A stretch of DNA of 64,000 nucleotides from an uncultured Streptococcus sp. GTDB taxonomy: Bacteria; Bacillota; Bacilli; Lactobacillales; Streptococcaceae. Shown here one piece after another: positions 19,617 to 30,069 of this stretch. The stretch covers positions 6,472 to 70,471 of the forward strand of contig NZ_CAURVL010000010.1 in the NCBI RefSeq assembly GCF_963528215.1, read 5' to 3'. The stretch's first letter is position 1. The number at the start of each line of letters is the position of its first letter. The notes beneath the pieces were generated by a model that ran no database searches, was not told the origin of the DNA, and saw nothing but the letters and a program-made list of their open reading frames with translations. A program made the position numbers and the translations under genes.

Positions 19617-19809
19617 ATTATCACAACCTTTCTAAAATTAACCTCTCTAACCTTATTATATCAAAAAGATACCGGTTTCACAATCTTAAATTTGTTATAT
19701 TTTCAGAAAATGAAACTTCGCAAAAAGTAGTTTTTCTGAGGTATTTAGACTGCAATGGTACAGCTTTTTAGGTAGTCTAAGAATTTTTGAAAATTTCGAG
19801 CAAATTTCT

Positions 19810-19823
19810 TGTAAACGCTCACA
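19810..19823 (+). promoter_or_regulatory. cre (CcpA) site upstream of nox
   Basis: TGTAAACGCTCACA fits TGWAANCGNTNWCA. Confidence 0.65.
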
Positions 19824-19874
19824 GGAGATGATATACTTGTCTAGTAAATTATAAATTAAGGTAGGACTATTCTT

Positions 19875-21251
19875 ATGAGTAAAATCGTTGTAGTTGGTGC
19901 AAACCACGCAGGTACAGCGTGTATTAATACAATGTTGGATAATTATGGTGCAGAAAATGAAGTAGTTATTTTTGACCAAAACTCAAACATTTCATTCTTG
20001 GCATGCGGAATGGCCCTTTGGATTGGACAGCAAATCAGCAAGCCAGATGGACTTTTTTATGCAGACAAAGAAACTTTTGAAGCAAAAGGCGCAAAAGTTT
20101 ATATGAATTCACCAGTTGAGTCAATTGATTATGATGCGAAAAAAGTTACAGCTATCGTTGATGGCAAAGAGCATGTAGAGTCTTATGACAAATTGATTTT
20201 AGCAACAGGTTCTCAGCCAATTCTGCCTCCGATTAAAGGTGCTGAGCTGGATCCTAACAGCCGCGAATTTAAGTCAACCTTAGAAAATCTGCAGTTCGTA
20301 AAATTGTATCAAAATGCTGCAGATGTTATTGAAAAATTGCAAGACAAGAGCAAACATATTGAACGTGTGGCAGTAGTAGGTGCTGGCTACATTGGGGTTG
20401 AGTTGGCAGAAGCCTTCAAACGTCTTGGTAAAGAAGTGATTCTGATTGATGTTGTGGATACTTGCTTGGCTGGTTATTATGACCACGACTTGTCTGATAT
20501 GATGCGCCAAAACCTTGAAGACAATGGTGTTCAATTAGCCTTCGGTCAAACTGTTCAGGCTATTGAGGGTGAAAGCAAAGTAGAACGCATTGTAACAGAT
20601 AAGGCTAGATATGATGTAGATATGGTTGTCTTAGCAGTTGGCTTCCGTCCAAACACTGGTCTTGGTGCTGGCAAGTTGGAAACATTCCGCAATGGTGCTT
20701 TCTTGGTGGATAAGAAGCAAGAAACTAGCATCAATGATGTTTATGCAATTGGTGACTGTGCGACTGTCTACGATAACTCTATCAATGATACAAACTATAT
20801 CGCCTTGGCTTCTAACGCTCTGCGCTCTGGTATCGTAGCAGCTCATAATGCTTGTGGTCATGAATTGGAATCAAACGGTGTTCAAGGTTCTAATGGTATC
20901 GAAATCTTTGGTCTGAAGATGGTTTCAACTGGTCTGACAGAAGAAAAAGCTAAACGCTTTGGTTACAGCCCAGCTGTGGTTGAGTTTAAAGACACTCAAA
21001 AACCAACCTTCCTTGAAAAGGTTGAGCATCATGATGTTACAATCAAGATTGTCTATGATAAGGACACTCGTGTAGTTCTTGGAGCTCAGATGGTTTCTAG
21101 AGAAGATATGTCTATGGGGATTCACATGTTCTCATTGGCCATTCAGGAAAAGGTTACAATTGATAAATTGGCCTTGCTGGATCTTTTCTTCCTGCCACAC
21201 TTCAACAAACCATACAACTACATTACTCAAGCAGCTTTGCGCGCTAAATAA
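19875..21251 (+). CDS. nox: NADH oxidase (H2O-forming type)
   Basis: GANHAG, SFLACG redox Cys, [15 protein letters not shown]. Confidence 0.92.
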   Translation: MSKIVVVGANHAGTACINTMLDNYGAENEVVIFDQNSNISFLACGMALWIGQQISKPDGLFYADKETFEAKGAKVYMNSPVESIDYDAKKVTAIVDGKEHVESYDKLILATGSQPILPPIKGAELDPNSREFKSTLENLQFVKLYQNAADVIEKLQDKSKHIERVAVVGAGYIGVELAEAFKRLGKEVILIDVVDTCLAGYYDHDLSDMMRQNLEDNGVQLAFGQTVQAIEGESKVERIVTDKARYDVDMVVLAVGFRPNTGLGAGKLETFRNGAFLVDKKQETSINDVYAIGDCATVYDNSINDTNYIALASNALRSGIVAAHNACGHELESNGVQGSNGIEIFGLKMVSTGLTEEKAKRFGYSPAVVEFKDTQKPTFLEKVEHHDVTIKIVYDKDTRVVLGAQMVSREDMSMGIHMFSLAIQEKVTIDKLALLDLFFLPHFNKPYNYITQAALRAK

Positions 21252-21261
21252 GAAAATAAGT

Positions 21262-21289
21262 AAGTCTGGGACAATTCCCAGACTTTTTT
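21262..21289 (+). terminator. terminator after nox
   Basis: aagtctggga / tcccagactt followed by T run. Confidence 0.8.
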
Positions 21290-21400
21290 GTGTAGAGTCT
21301 TTAAAAAGACATCTTAAATAAGAAATTTATATTTCGTCTGTTTATCAGGCTTGCTTTGTGCTAGAATATTGGTAAAGTAACTATTTAGAGGAGATTGGGA

Positions 21401-22957
21401 ATGGCAAAAAAGTCTATCTCGCAAGAGGACGAGATCAAGAAAGAATTTAATTTCACAACTCATTCGATTATTTCCCAGGTTTTGCGAGGTGTCTTAGTTG
21501 GGATTTTTGCTGGACTGGTGGTGGGCGTTTTTCGCTTTCTGATTGAAAAAATCTTTCATCTAGTGATGGACCTATACCATAAGAGTCAGCAGTCTATGCT
21601 TTGGTTGCTGGCTTTGGTGTTGTTTTATGCTTTCATCGTCTTGCTCAATACTCGCTTGGTAAAGTCGGAGAAGAATATCAAGGGGTCAGGGATTCCGCAG
21701 GTTGAAGCAGAGCTGAAGGGTCTGATGTCGCTTTCTTGGTGGAGTGTTCTCTGGAAGAAGTTTGTATTGGGGATTTTAGCCATTTCTAGCGGTCTGATGT
21801 TGGGGCGAGAAGGACCAAGTATTCAGCTGGGCGCAATGAGCGGAAAAGGCGTCTCTAAATTTCTGAATTTGAGTGCCGCTGAGGAGAGAGCACTCATTGC
21901 TAGCGGTGCGGCGGCAGGCTTAGCAGCAGCTTTTAATGCACCAATCGCAGGACTGCTTTTCGTAGTAGAAGAAGTTTACCGTCATTTTTCACGCTTTTTC
22001 TGGGTTTCTACGCTGGCAGCCAGTCTAGTTGCTAACTTTGTATCACTCTCCATGTTTGGACTGACGCCAGTGCTGGACATGCCAGATAATATCCCGGTCA
22101 TGAGGCTGGAGCAGTACTGGATCTACCTAGTCATGGGTTTGCTGCTGGGCTTGTCAGGTTATATTTATGAAAAAGTAATTTTGAACATTCAGCTGGTTTA
22201 CCAGTTTTTTGGGCGAATGTTTAGGATTTCAGAAGCCTATTATCCTATTCTGGCCTTTGCCTTGATTCTTCCGATTGGTTATTTCCTGCCTCACTTGCTG
22301 GGCGGGGGCAATCAGTTGATTTTATCTTTGACTGCTGGTCATTACACTGTGGGAACCTTGCTCTTGTTTTTTATTCTGAGATTTTTTTGGAGTATGTTAA
22401 GTTATGGAAGCGGCTTGCCAGGTGGCATTTTTCTGCCTATCCTTGCTCTGGGTTCACTGCTTGGCGGAGCAATGGGGGCGGTCTGTCTGCAGCTAGGTTT
22501 GATTTCTCAGGAGCAATTTCCGATTTTCATTATTCTGGGTATGAGTGGCTACTTCGGTGCCATTTCTAAGGCTCCACTGACAGCCATGATTCTGGTCACA
22601 GAGATGGTCGGTGACATCCGTAATCTCATGCCGCTGGGACTGGTCACTCTGGCTGCTTACATTATCATGGATCTGCTAAAAGGAGCACCAGTCTATGAAG
22701 CCATGCTGGAAAAAATGTTGCCAGACAGTATCGAGGATCAAGGAGATACTACTTTAATTGAAATCCCTGTTTCTGAAAAGATTGCTGGTCGGCAGGTGCA
22801 TGAGCTAAACTTGCCTGATGGGGTCTTGATTACCATGAATGTCCACAAGGGAAAGACTCAAACGGTCAATGGCAGCACGCGCCTCTATCTGGGAGATACG
22901 ATTTACTTGGTGCTGAAAAAGACGGAAATCGGAAAAATCAAAGAAGAGCTGCTTTAA
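21401..22957 (+). CDS. ClC-family H+/Cl- antiporter with C-terminal TrkA_C-like domain
   Basis: GSGIP, GREGP, GIFLP signature motifs. Confidence 0.92.
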   Translation: MAKKSISQEDEIKKEFNFTTHSIISQVLRGVLVGIFAGLVVGVFRFLIEKIFHLVMDLYHKSQQSMLWLLALVLFYAFIVLLNTRLVKSEKNIKGSGIPQVEAELKGLMSLSWWSVLWKKFVLGILAISSGLMLGREGPSIQLGAMSGKGVSKFLNLSAAEERALIASGAAAGLAAAFNAPIAGLLFVVEEVYRHFSRFFWVSTLAASLVANFVSLSMFGLTPVLDMPDNIPVMRLEQYWIYLVMGLLLGLSGYIYEKVILNIQLVYQFFGRMFRISEAYYPILAFALILPIGYFLPHLLGGGNQLILSLTAGHYTVGTLLLFFILRFFWSMLSYGSGLPGGIFLPILALGSLLGGAMGAVCLQLGLISQEQFPIFIILGMSGYFGAISKAPLTAMILVTEMVGDIRNLMPLGLVTLAAYIIMDLLKGAPVYEAMLEKMLPDSIEDQGDTTLIEIPVSEKIAGRQVHELNLPDGVLITMNVHKGKTQTVNGSTRLYLGDTIYLVLKKTEIGKIKEELL

Positions 22958-22983
22958 TGGTCTTAATATATAGTTTTTGATTA

Positions 22984-22998
22984 AATTGTCAGACAATT
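22984..22998. promoter_or_regulatory. CodY-box-like palindrome upstream of efeO
   Basis: AATTGTCAGACAATT, two mismatches to AATTTTCWGAAAATT, just upstream of TTGAAA...TGgTATAAT. Confidence 0.55.
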
Positions 22999-23075
22999 TC
23001 TTGAAATATGAAAAAAAAACTGGTATAATTTACAGGAAATAATCTCTATCTAGGAGAGAAAACAAAGGAGTCACC

Positions 23076-23948
23076 ATGAAAAAACTTGGCATCGTCCTAT
23101 TTTCAACGGCAATTTTACTGACTGGCTGTGCAGCCAACAACTCTTCAAACAAGACTGGCTCAAGCAGTCAAGCATCCAGCAGCCAAACTGCTGTCAATCA
23201 GAAAGAATTGGACAAGGCGACAGCGGATTATAAATCTTTTGTCCAAGGACAAATCGATCAACTCCTGACAGATACGGAGAAATTTCGTGATACCCTTAAA
23301 GAAGGCAAGCTTGATGAAGCTAAAAAGCAGTATCCGCTTATCCGGATGGCCTACGAGCGCTCGGAGCCGATTGCTGAGAGCTTTGGTGAATCAGATGTTA
23401 AAATTGACTTCCGCTTAGTCGACTATGTGGACGAAAACAAGACCGAAGAAGGCTGGTCTGGTTTCCACCGCATTGAAAAAATCATGTGGGAGCAAAATAC
23501 AACCAAGGGCACTGAAAGCTATGCCGATCAGCTGGTTAACGATATCAAGGAGCTAAAGGCTAAAATCGCAACGTTTGAAGTGACTCCGGATATGATGTTG
23601 ACAGGCGCTGTTGACTTGCTCAATGAAGTGGCGACCAGCAAGATTACAGGTGAGGAAGAAGTATTCTCTCATACAGATCTCTATGATTTCCGAGCAAATA
23701 TTGAAGGAGCAGAAAAGATTTTTGAGCTCTTCAAGCCATTAATTAAGGACAAGGATGAGAAGCTTGTCAAGACCTTGGAACTTGAGTTTAAAAATGTAAA
23801 CAGTCTCCTAGACAAGCACATGACTGACTCGGAAAACTACAAACTCTATACAGAATTGACAAAAGAAGACACCAAGGAGTTGGCGGAAGCTGTTACCAAA
23901 CTGGGTGAGCCTCTTTCACAAATGGGAGTCATTCTAAACGGGGAGTGA
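23076..23948 (+). CDS. efeO: iron uptake lipoprotein EfeO (imelysin/M75 domain)
   Basis: Lipobox LTGC; YERSEPIAE, GFHRIE, KITGEEEVFSHTDL. Confidence 0.93.
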   Translation: MKKLGIVLFSTAILLTGCAANNSSNKTGSSSQASSSQTAVNQKELDKATADYKSFVQGQIDQLLTDTEKFRDTLKEGKLDEAKKQYPLIRMAYERSEPIAESFGESDVKIDFRLVDYVDENKTEEGWSGFHRIEKIMWEQNTTKGTESYADQLVNDIKELKAKIATFEVTPDMMLTGAVDLLNEVATSKITGEEEVFSHTDLYDFRANIEGAEKIFELFKPLIKDKDEKLVKTLELEFKNVNSLLDKHMTDSENYKLYTELTKEDTKELAEAVTKLGEPLSQMGVILNGE

Positions 23949-23952
23949 TCTT

Positions 23953-25161
23953 ATGACAAACGACGAAAAATGGTTTAATAAAAAGATGGATCGTCGTGAA
24001 TTTCTTAAAAAAGCAGGGATTGGAGGCGCTGGTCTTGCACTGGGTGTCTCTGGTGCATCTGCTTTTTTAGCTAATCAGGCGAAGGAAGATAAGAAATTCG
24101 CTGACGGTGAGGAAAAAATCAGCTTCTACGGGGAGCATCAGGCGGGTATCACAACTCCGATGCAGAAGAATATCTACTTTGTTGTCTTGGATTTGCATAC
24201 GACAGATAGGGAGACAATTATCCAGCTCTTCAAGGACTGGACAGCCTATAGCGAGAAGCTAGTCAATGGAGAATTGGTCAAAAAAGATAATTCAAATGCC
24301 CTTTTGCCGCCAACGGATACTGGTGAAACTGTCGGTCTCAACCCTTACCGATTGACCTTGACCTTCGGTGTCTCAGCCTCTTTTCTGAAAAAAATGGGCT
24401 TATCAGACAAACGACCGAAGGCTTTTCGGGATTTGCCGCCTTTTCCAAAGGAGCAGCTCAAAGAAAAATATACGGGTGGCGATATTGTCATCCAGGCCTG
24501 CGCGGATGATGAGCAGGTAGCCTTTCATGCGGTCCGCAATCTGGTCCGCAAGGGGAGAAATGCCATCACTATGAAGTGGAGTCAGTCAGGCTTTGCTGCT
24601 ATCGGAGACCGGATGTCAACGCCTCGTAATCTCTTTGGATTTAAGGACGGCACGGCCAATGTGACCAAGGAAAAAGATTTTGACAAGGTCATTTGGTGCG
24701 ACAGCAAGGACTGGATGCAGGGCGGCTCTTACATGGCTGTCCGCCGGATCCAGATGTTCCTTGAGACCTGGGACCGGACCAATCTGCAGGAACAGGAAAA
24801 CACTTTTGGCCGCTATAAAGATAGCGGAGCGCCTTTTGGCAAGAAAGACGAGTTTGACGAGGTTGACTTAGACTTGCTGCCAGAGGATTCACATGTCCGT
24901 CTGGCCAAGGAAGTTGATAAGCCCATATATCGCCGGTCTTACTCTTACTCAGATGGGATTGATGAGAGTACTGGTCAGTTCGACACAGGCTTACTCTTTC
25001 TTTCCTTCCAGAAAGATCCAGACAGCTTTGTCAAAGTTCAGACCAATCTAGGCGCTCAAGATAAGATGAATGAATACGTCACACATGTCGGCAGTGGCTT
25101 GTTTGCTTGCTTTGGTGGAGTGAAAAAAGGAGAGTACCTTGGTCAAAAATTATTTGAATAA
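23953..25161 (+). CDS. efeB: Tat-exported DyP-type peroxidase EfeB
   Basis: Twin-arginine signal DRREFLK; HQAGI, GFKDGT, DSHVR. Confidence 0.95.
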   Translation: MTNDEKWFNKKMDRREFLKKAGIGGAGLALGVSGASAFLANQAKEDKKFADGEEKISFYGEHQAGITTPMQKNIYFVVLDLHTTDRETIIQLFKDWTAYSEKLVNGELVKKDNSNALLPPTDTGETVGLNPYRLTLTFGVSASFLKKMGLSDKRPKAFRDLPPFPKEQLKEKYTGGDIVIQACADDEQVAFHAVRNLVRKGRNAITMKWSQSGFAAIGDRMSTPRNLFGFKDGTANVTKEKDFDKVIWCDSKDWMQGGSYMAVRRIQMFLETWDRTNLQEQENTFGRYKDSGAPFGKKDEFDEVDLDLLPEDSHVRLAKEVDKPIYRRSYSYSDGIDESTGQFDTGLLFLSFQKDPDSFVKVQTNLGAQDKMNEYVTHVGSGLFACFGGVKKGEYLGQKLFE

Positions 25162-26827
25162 AAGTCTCTTGATTTTGGGGCTCTTGCTGGTCTTTTTGCC
25201 TAAGCCGGTTTTAGCGGACGAGAGCTACAGCAGTTTATTCGTCAAAATTACTGATGCCAGCACTGCAGTCAAGCAGAAGGACCAGGAAAAAGCCAAGCAG
25301 CTAGTCGGAGAAATCAAGACTGACTTTGAAAAGGTGGCTAATCACGACTCTGCAGCGGGACAAGAGGTAAGTAAGGCGCTAGACTTATCGGGTCAGGTGA
25401 CGGAGGAGAAGCTGACACAGATTTCTTCTGCCCTCTTGAAATTTGAGAAAGAGCAGAATCCAGTCGACCTAGAGACCGAGAAAAAGAAGCTTATAAGTAA
25501 GCTAGAGCCAAAATTTGAAAATCTACAAAAGGCTATTAGAGCTAAGGATTTAGAAGCAACGAGAGAAGCTTATAAGAAGATGAATAGCACTTGGACCAGC
25601 AATGAAAGCGTGGTGCGAGACAACAGCACAGCTCATTACGGTAAGGTGGAAACAGCTATTTCATTTCTGCGCAGCGCCATCGAGACGGAGCCTACTGACT
25701 TTGACATGATTCAGTCTTCTTTTGATGATTTGAAAACCGCCATTTATAATTTTGTCAAAGGAGAGAAAGTCCAAGAAGCTGCTGGCAATCTGACGCTGAA
25801 AGATGGGATTAAGCTGCTAGAGGAGGCTTTGAGTCTCTTCCAAAGCGGCGATGATAAAAAGGCCGCTGCTAAGATGAAAGAATTCATCACCATTTGGCCA
25901 ACGATAGAAGGAGATGTCAGTGTCAATAATCCTTCGCTTTATACCAAGGTTGAGAGTCAGACACCTGTTATTATGGTCAAGGGGAGCGAAGAGAAGTATC
26001 AAAAGCAGCTGGAATCCTTGATTAGTGAGCTGTCACAGATTGACACAACAGCTTCCTATCATTTCTTTGATGCTATGCTGATTTTGCTGCGTGAGGGTGT
26101 AGAAGCGCTCTTAATTGTCATGGCTTTGATAACGACTCTGAAAGCCTCCAAGATGAAAAAAGGACTCAAATGGGTTTATGCCGGAGCAGCGAGTGGGGTT
26201 CTAGCCAGTGCTGTGATTGCAGCTTTGCTGCAGTTTCTTTTCCCAGCAGTTTCTTCTGGATCCAATCGTGAGATTATCGAGGGTGCAGTGGGTATTTTCG
26301 CTGTCGCCATGATGATATTGGTTGGTATCTGGCTGCATAGCAAGGCATCTATTGAGAAATGGAATGACTTTATGGAAAGTCAAATGAAGGCTGTAACAGC
26401 CACAGGGAGTTTTCTTTCCATGTTTGCTCTTAGCTTTCTGGCAGTTTTCCGTGAAGGGGCTGAGACCATCCTCTTTTATGTAGGAATTCTGCCGCGTATC
26501 ACTATGACTGATTTCCTTTTGGGAATCGGCTTGGCTCTTCTGGTCTTGGTCTTGCTGGCATTTATAATGAGTAAGGCTTCAGGTCTTCTCAAGCCACACA
26601 GCATTTTCTTCTGGCTGACCTGGCTAATCTATGCTCTTGCCTTTAAAATGCTGGGCGTCAGCATCCATGCCCTTCAGCTGACCAATATCCTACCGACTCA
26701 CCTAATCAATGGCTTTGTGACAGTAGACTGGATGGGGATTTATCCAAGCCTAGAAGTGGTAGTTAGTCAGGCTTTCTTTATCCTTCTGGTTGTCTATGTT
26801 AGCTTTAAAAATCAGAGAAGCGAGTAG
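25139..26827 (+). CDS. efeU: FTR1/EfeU iron permease with N-terminal extracellular domain
   Basis: Two REGxE motifs (REGVE, REGAE); signal peptide; C-terminal TM helices. Confidence 0.9.
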   Translation: MVKNYLNKSLLILGLLLVFLPKPVLADESYSSLFVKITDASTAVKQKDQEKAKQLVGEIKTDFEKVANHDSAAGQEVSKALDLSGQVTEEKLTQISSALLKFEKEQNPVDLETEKKKLISKLEPKFENLQKAIRAKDLEATREAYKKMNSTWTSNESVVRDNSTAHYGKVETAISFLRSAIETEPTDFDMIQSSFDDLKTAIYNFVKGEKVQEAAGNLTLKDGIKLLEEALSLFQSGDDKKAAAKMKEFITIWPTIEGDVSVNNPSLYTKVESQTPVIMVKGSEEKYQKQLESLISELSQIDTTASYHFFDAMLILLREGVEALLIVMALITTLKASKMKKGLKWVYAGAASGVLASAVIAALLQFLFPAVSSGSNREIIEGAVGIFAVAMMILVGIWLHSKASIEKWNDFMESQMKAVTATGSFLSMFALSFLAVFREGAETILFYVGILPRITMTDFLLGIGLALLVLVLLAFIMSKASGLLKPHSIFFWLTWLIYALAFKMLGVSIHALQLTNILPTHLINGFVTVDWMGIYPSLEVVVSQAFFILLVVYVSFKNQRSE

Positions 26828-26831
26828 CAGC

Positions 26832-27548
26832 ATGGATAAAAAAGAACAGACTATTATTGAGCATTTGACAGAGTTCAGGCGGCGTTTTCTAGCGGTATTG
26901 GCTTGTTTTTTCGTGGTTTTTCTGGTTAGCTTGCTCTTTTCGGCCGATATTTATCGATGGCTGACTAGTAATTTTGAGAATAAGCTGCTGGTGCTGGGGC
27001 CGGATGATATCCTTTGGATTTATATCAGTCTGGCTAGTCTGGTCGCTTTTTCCCTGACCTTGCCATTTTTGGTTTATCAGGTCTGGGAGTTTGTTCGACC
27101 GGCTTTGCGAGCTAATGAAGCACGAGCTGTTTTCGCTTATATCCCGGCTACCTTTATCTGTTTTGTTCTTGGTTTGGCTTTCGGCTTTTACTTTGTGACT
27201 CCGGCTATTTTACAGGTGTTGCTGTCGCTGGGGGAGGGTCTCTTTGAGACTCGGCTGACAGCACAGAATTATCTTAGTTTCGTCTTTCATACCACTATTC
27301 CGATTGCATGCCTTTTTGAGCTGCCAGTTCTTGTGTCCTTTCTGACTTCTATCGGTTTGCTCAATCCGAAATTTTTGGTAAAATATAGACGATACGCTTA
27401 CTTTATTTTGCTCGTTTTAGCTGTTGTCCTGACACCGGCCGACTTTATCAGCGACTTGTCTATGACAGTGCCTCTGATTTTGCTCTATGAAGTCAGCATC
27501 CTGCTCAGTCGCATCATTTATCAAAGAAAATCAACGAGGAGAAATTAA
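26832..27548 (+). CDS. tatC: twin-arginine translocase TatC
   Basis: EHLTEFRRR, YQVWEFVRPAL, FELPV, LTPADFISD. Confidence 0.95.
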   Translation: MDKKEQTIIEHLTEFRRRFLAVLACFFVVFLVSLLFSADIYRWLTSNFENKLLVLGPDDILWIYISLASLVAFSLTLPFLVYQVWEFVRPALRANEARAVFAYIPATFICFVLGLAFGFYFVTPAILQVLLSLGEGLFETRLTAQNYLSFVFHTTIPIACLFELPVLVSFLTSIGLLNPKFLVKYRRYAYFILLVLAVVLTPADFISDLSMTVPLILLYEVSILLSRIIYQRKSTRRN

Positions 27549-27736
27549 TGGGACTTTTAAAAGACATCGGAGTACCTGGAGTAATCATTATTGTTCTGGG
27601 AGCCCTGCTCATTTTCGGACCAAAGCGCCTGCCCGAACTGGGGCAATCTATCGGTAAAATGTTTTCAGAATTCAAAAAAGCAGTCAATCATTCTGGAGAA
27701 GAAGACAAGACCGAGAATAAAAATGAAAAAGAGTAA
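27548..27736 (+). CDS. tatA: twin-arginine translocase TatA
   Basis: LIFGPKRLPELGQSIGK. Confidence 0.95.
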   Translation: MGLLKDIGVPGVIIIVLGALLIFGPKRLPELGQSIGKMFSEFKKAVNHSGEEDKTENKNEKE

Positions 27737-27737
27737 A

Positions 27738-27764
27738 GAAAAAGCACGGATAGCCGTGTTTTTC
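27738..27764 (+). terminator. terminator after tatA
   Basis: gaaaaagcacgg / ccgtgtttttc. Confidence 0.65.
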
Positions 27765-27801
27765 TTCTAGCATCAAGTATAGCTTGTGATAAGGAGTAAA
27801 A

Positions 27802-28383
27802 ATGAAAAAATTAGAAGAACGGATTCTCAGAGATGGACAAGTGTTAGGTGAAAATATCTTGAAAGTTGACTCTTTCCTGACTCATCAGGTTGATTTTTCA
27901 TTGATGAAAGAGATTGGCCAGGTCTTTGCGGATGTGGTAAAGGATGCAGGAATTACTAAGGTAGTGACTATTGAAGCTTCTGGTATTGCTCCGGCTGTAT
28001 ACGTAGCAGAGGCACTGGGGCTACCAATGATTTTCGCTAAGAAGGCCAAAAACATCACGATGACAGAAGGGATTTTGACGGCTGAAGTATACTCTTTCAC
28101 CAAGCAAGTGACTTCGACCGTTTCGATTGCTGGGAAATTTCTCAACTCTGATGATAAGGTGCTGATTATTGACGATTTTTTGGCTAATGGTCAGGCAGCC
28201 AAGGGCTTAATTACCATTATTGAGCAAGCAGGAGCACAGGTTGAAGCGGTTGGCATTGTCATTGAAAAATCCTTTCAGGATGGCCGTCAACTTTTGGAAA
28301 CAGCTGGTTATCGTGTCCTTTCTTTGGCGCGAATAGCAGGGTTTGAGAAGGGGCAAGCTGTATTTGCTGAAGCAGATATGTGA
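27802..28383 (+). CDS. xpt: xanthine phosphoribosyltransferase
   Basis: [27 protein letters not shown]. Confidence 0.93.
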   Translation: MKKLEERILRDGQVLGENILKVDSFLTHQVDFSLMKEIGQVFADVVKDAGITKVVTIEASGIAPAVYVAEALGLPMIFAKKAKNITMTEGILTAEVYSFTKQVTSTVSIAGKFLNSDDKVLIIDDFLANGQAAKGLITIIEQAGAQVEAVGIVIEKSFQDGRQLLETAGYRVLSLARIAGFEKGQAVFAEADM

Positions 28384-28497
28384 TTTCCTTTTCCTTTTGA
28401 CTATCTGTCTGGCTTATAGTATAGTAAAGATAGTTGATATTCTACAATCTAAGCTCATTGATTTTACTTGGGTAGAAAAAGTTTTTGAGGGATTTCT

Positions 28498-29841
28498 ATG
28501 CACCAAACTCATAATTTACAGCAGCGGATGCGGCTCTTTATTTCTATTTTTTTGCCGATTTTGATCTACCAACTGGCTAATTTTTCAGCCTCTTTTGTCG
28601 ATACGACCATGACTGGCCGGTATGATACCTTGCATCTGGCTGGTGTTTCTATGGCAACTAGTCTTTGGATTCCATTTTTCGACCTGCTGATAGGGATTGT
28701 GTCGGCCTTGGTCCCTATAATCGGGCATCATTTAGGACAGGGGAAAAAAGAAAAGATTGCTTCTGATTTTTATCAGTTTATTTATCTTTCTTTGGGGTTA
28801 TCGCTAATTTTATTTGCCTTGGTATTTGTGGGCGCTCCTCTGGTTTTGTCTCACCTTGGCCTAGAGCCTTTAGTAGAAGAAGTAGCTAAGAACTATCTTT
28901 GGTATCTGGCGCTCGGCATTATTCCTCTTTTGCTCTTTAGCACCATTCGTTCTCTGTTTGATGCTCTAGGGTTGACCAAGCTTTCTATGTATCTCATGCT
29001 CTTACTTTTGCCCTTGAACGGCTCTTTTAATTATGCCCTAATATACGGAGCATTTGGATTTCCAGAAATGGGCGGAGCCGGAGCCGGACTTGGGACTTCT
29101 TTGGCTTATTGGGTTTTGCTCCTCATATCCTTGTTAGTAGCAGTCAAACATCCAAAAGTCCGAGCCTATGAGCTCTGGAAGATTCGACCACTGGACAAAA
29201 AGAGCTTAATCGAAGGCATTCGACTTGGACTGCCTATCGGCGGAACCTTTTTTGCTGAAGTTGTGATTTTCTCGGTTGTTGGCCTGGTCATGGCTAAGTT
29301 TTCGTCACTAATTATTGCCAGCCATCAGGCGGCCATGAATTTTTCAAACTTAATGTATGCCTTTCCTATGAGCATTTCAACCTCAATGTCCATCATTGTT
29401 TCTTATGAAATTGGAGCCAATCGTCCTGACGATGTTAAGAAATTCTGTAAACTTGGGCGGCTGACGGCTTTGGGAATTGCTGGATTTACCTTTCTCTTTC
29501 TCTATATCTTACGAGACCGAGTGGCTGCACTCTATGGTTCGGATACCGAGTTTATACGTATGACATCTGTTTTTCTGACCTACAGCCTCTTTTTCCAGTT
29601 GGCAGATACTTTTGCGGCTCCTTTGCAGGGCATTCTTCGGGGCTATAAGGATACTCAGGTGCCGTTTTACTTGGGTCTGATTGCTTATTGGGGAGTTTCG
29701 CTTCCCCTGGGACTCTTTTTAGATCACTTTACTAGTTTAGGTCCTTATGGGTATTGGATTGGCCTCATTGCTAGCTTGGTGACGAGCGGCATTCTCTTTC
29801 AGTGGCGGCTTAATCGTTTGGCTAAAAATATTACAAATTAA
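28498..29841 (+). CDS. MATE efflux transporter (NorM-like)
   Basis: FVDTTMTG, LGLPIG, GILRGYKDT; polytopic membrane protein. Confidence 0.9.
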   Translation: MHQTHNLQQRMRLFISIFLPILIYQLANFSASFVDTTMTGRYDTLHLAGVSMATSLWIPFFDLLIGIVSALVPIIGHHLGQGKKEKIASDFYQFIYLSLGLSLILFALVFVGAPLVLSHLGLEPLVEEVAKNYLWYLALGIIPLLLFSTIRSLFDALGLTKLSMYLMLLLLPLNGSFNYALIYGAFGFPEMGGAGAGLGTSLAYWVLLLISLLVAVKHPKVRAYELWKIRPLDKKSLIEGIRLGLPIGGTFFAEVVIFSVVGLVMAKFSSLIIASHQAAMNFSNLMYAFPMSISTSMSIIVSYEIGANRPDDVKKFCKLGRLTALGIAGFTFLFLYILRDRVAALYGSDTEFIRMTSVFLTYSLFFQLADTFAAPLQGILRGYKDTQVPFYLGLIAYWGVSLPLGLFLDHFTSLGPYGYWIGLIASLVTSGILFQWRLNRLAKNITN

Positions 29842-30069
29842 AGAGTGTTGGTTTGTCCCTTTAGGATAAGTCAGTGCTCTTTTTTTCACAATCTTTTGTT
29901 AAAATTAGATTAAAACATGAAAAACGCTTACATTTTTTCTAGTATATTGATTGTGAAAATGATATAATGGACATAAGATTATCAAGTCAAGTTTTTGTTA
30001 AAATAGGTTAATCTTTAAAATATTGTTTGCAGTTGTCTTTGGTTTTCAGAAGAAAAGCGAGGGAACTAT

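Noticed and set aside
21401..22957. ClC as a fluoride exporter
   Set aside because: Has the chloride-type GSGIP selectivity motif rather than the CLC-F signature
27737..27801. Purine riboswitch ahead of xpt
   Set aside because: The gap is only 65 bp and largely occupied by the tatA terminator; no aptamer consensus seen
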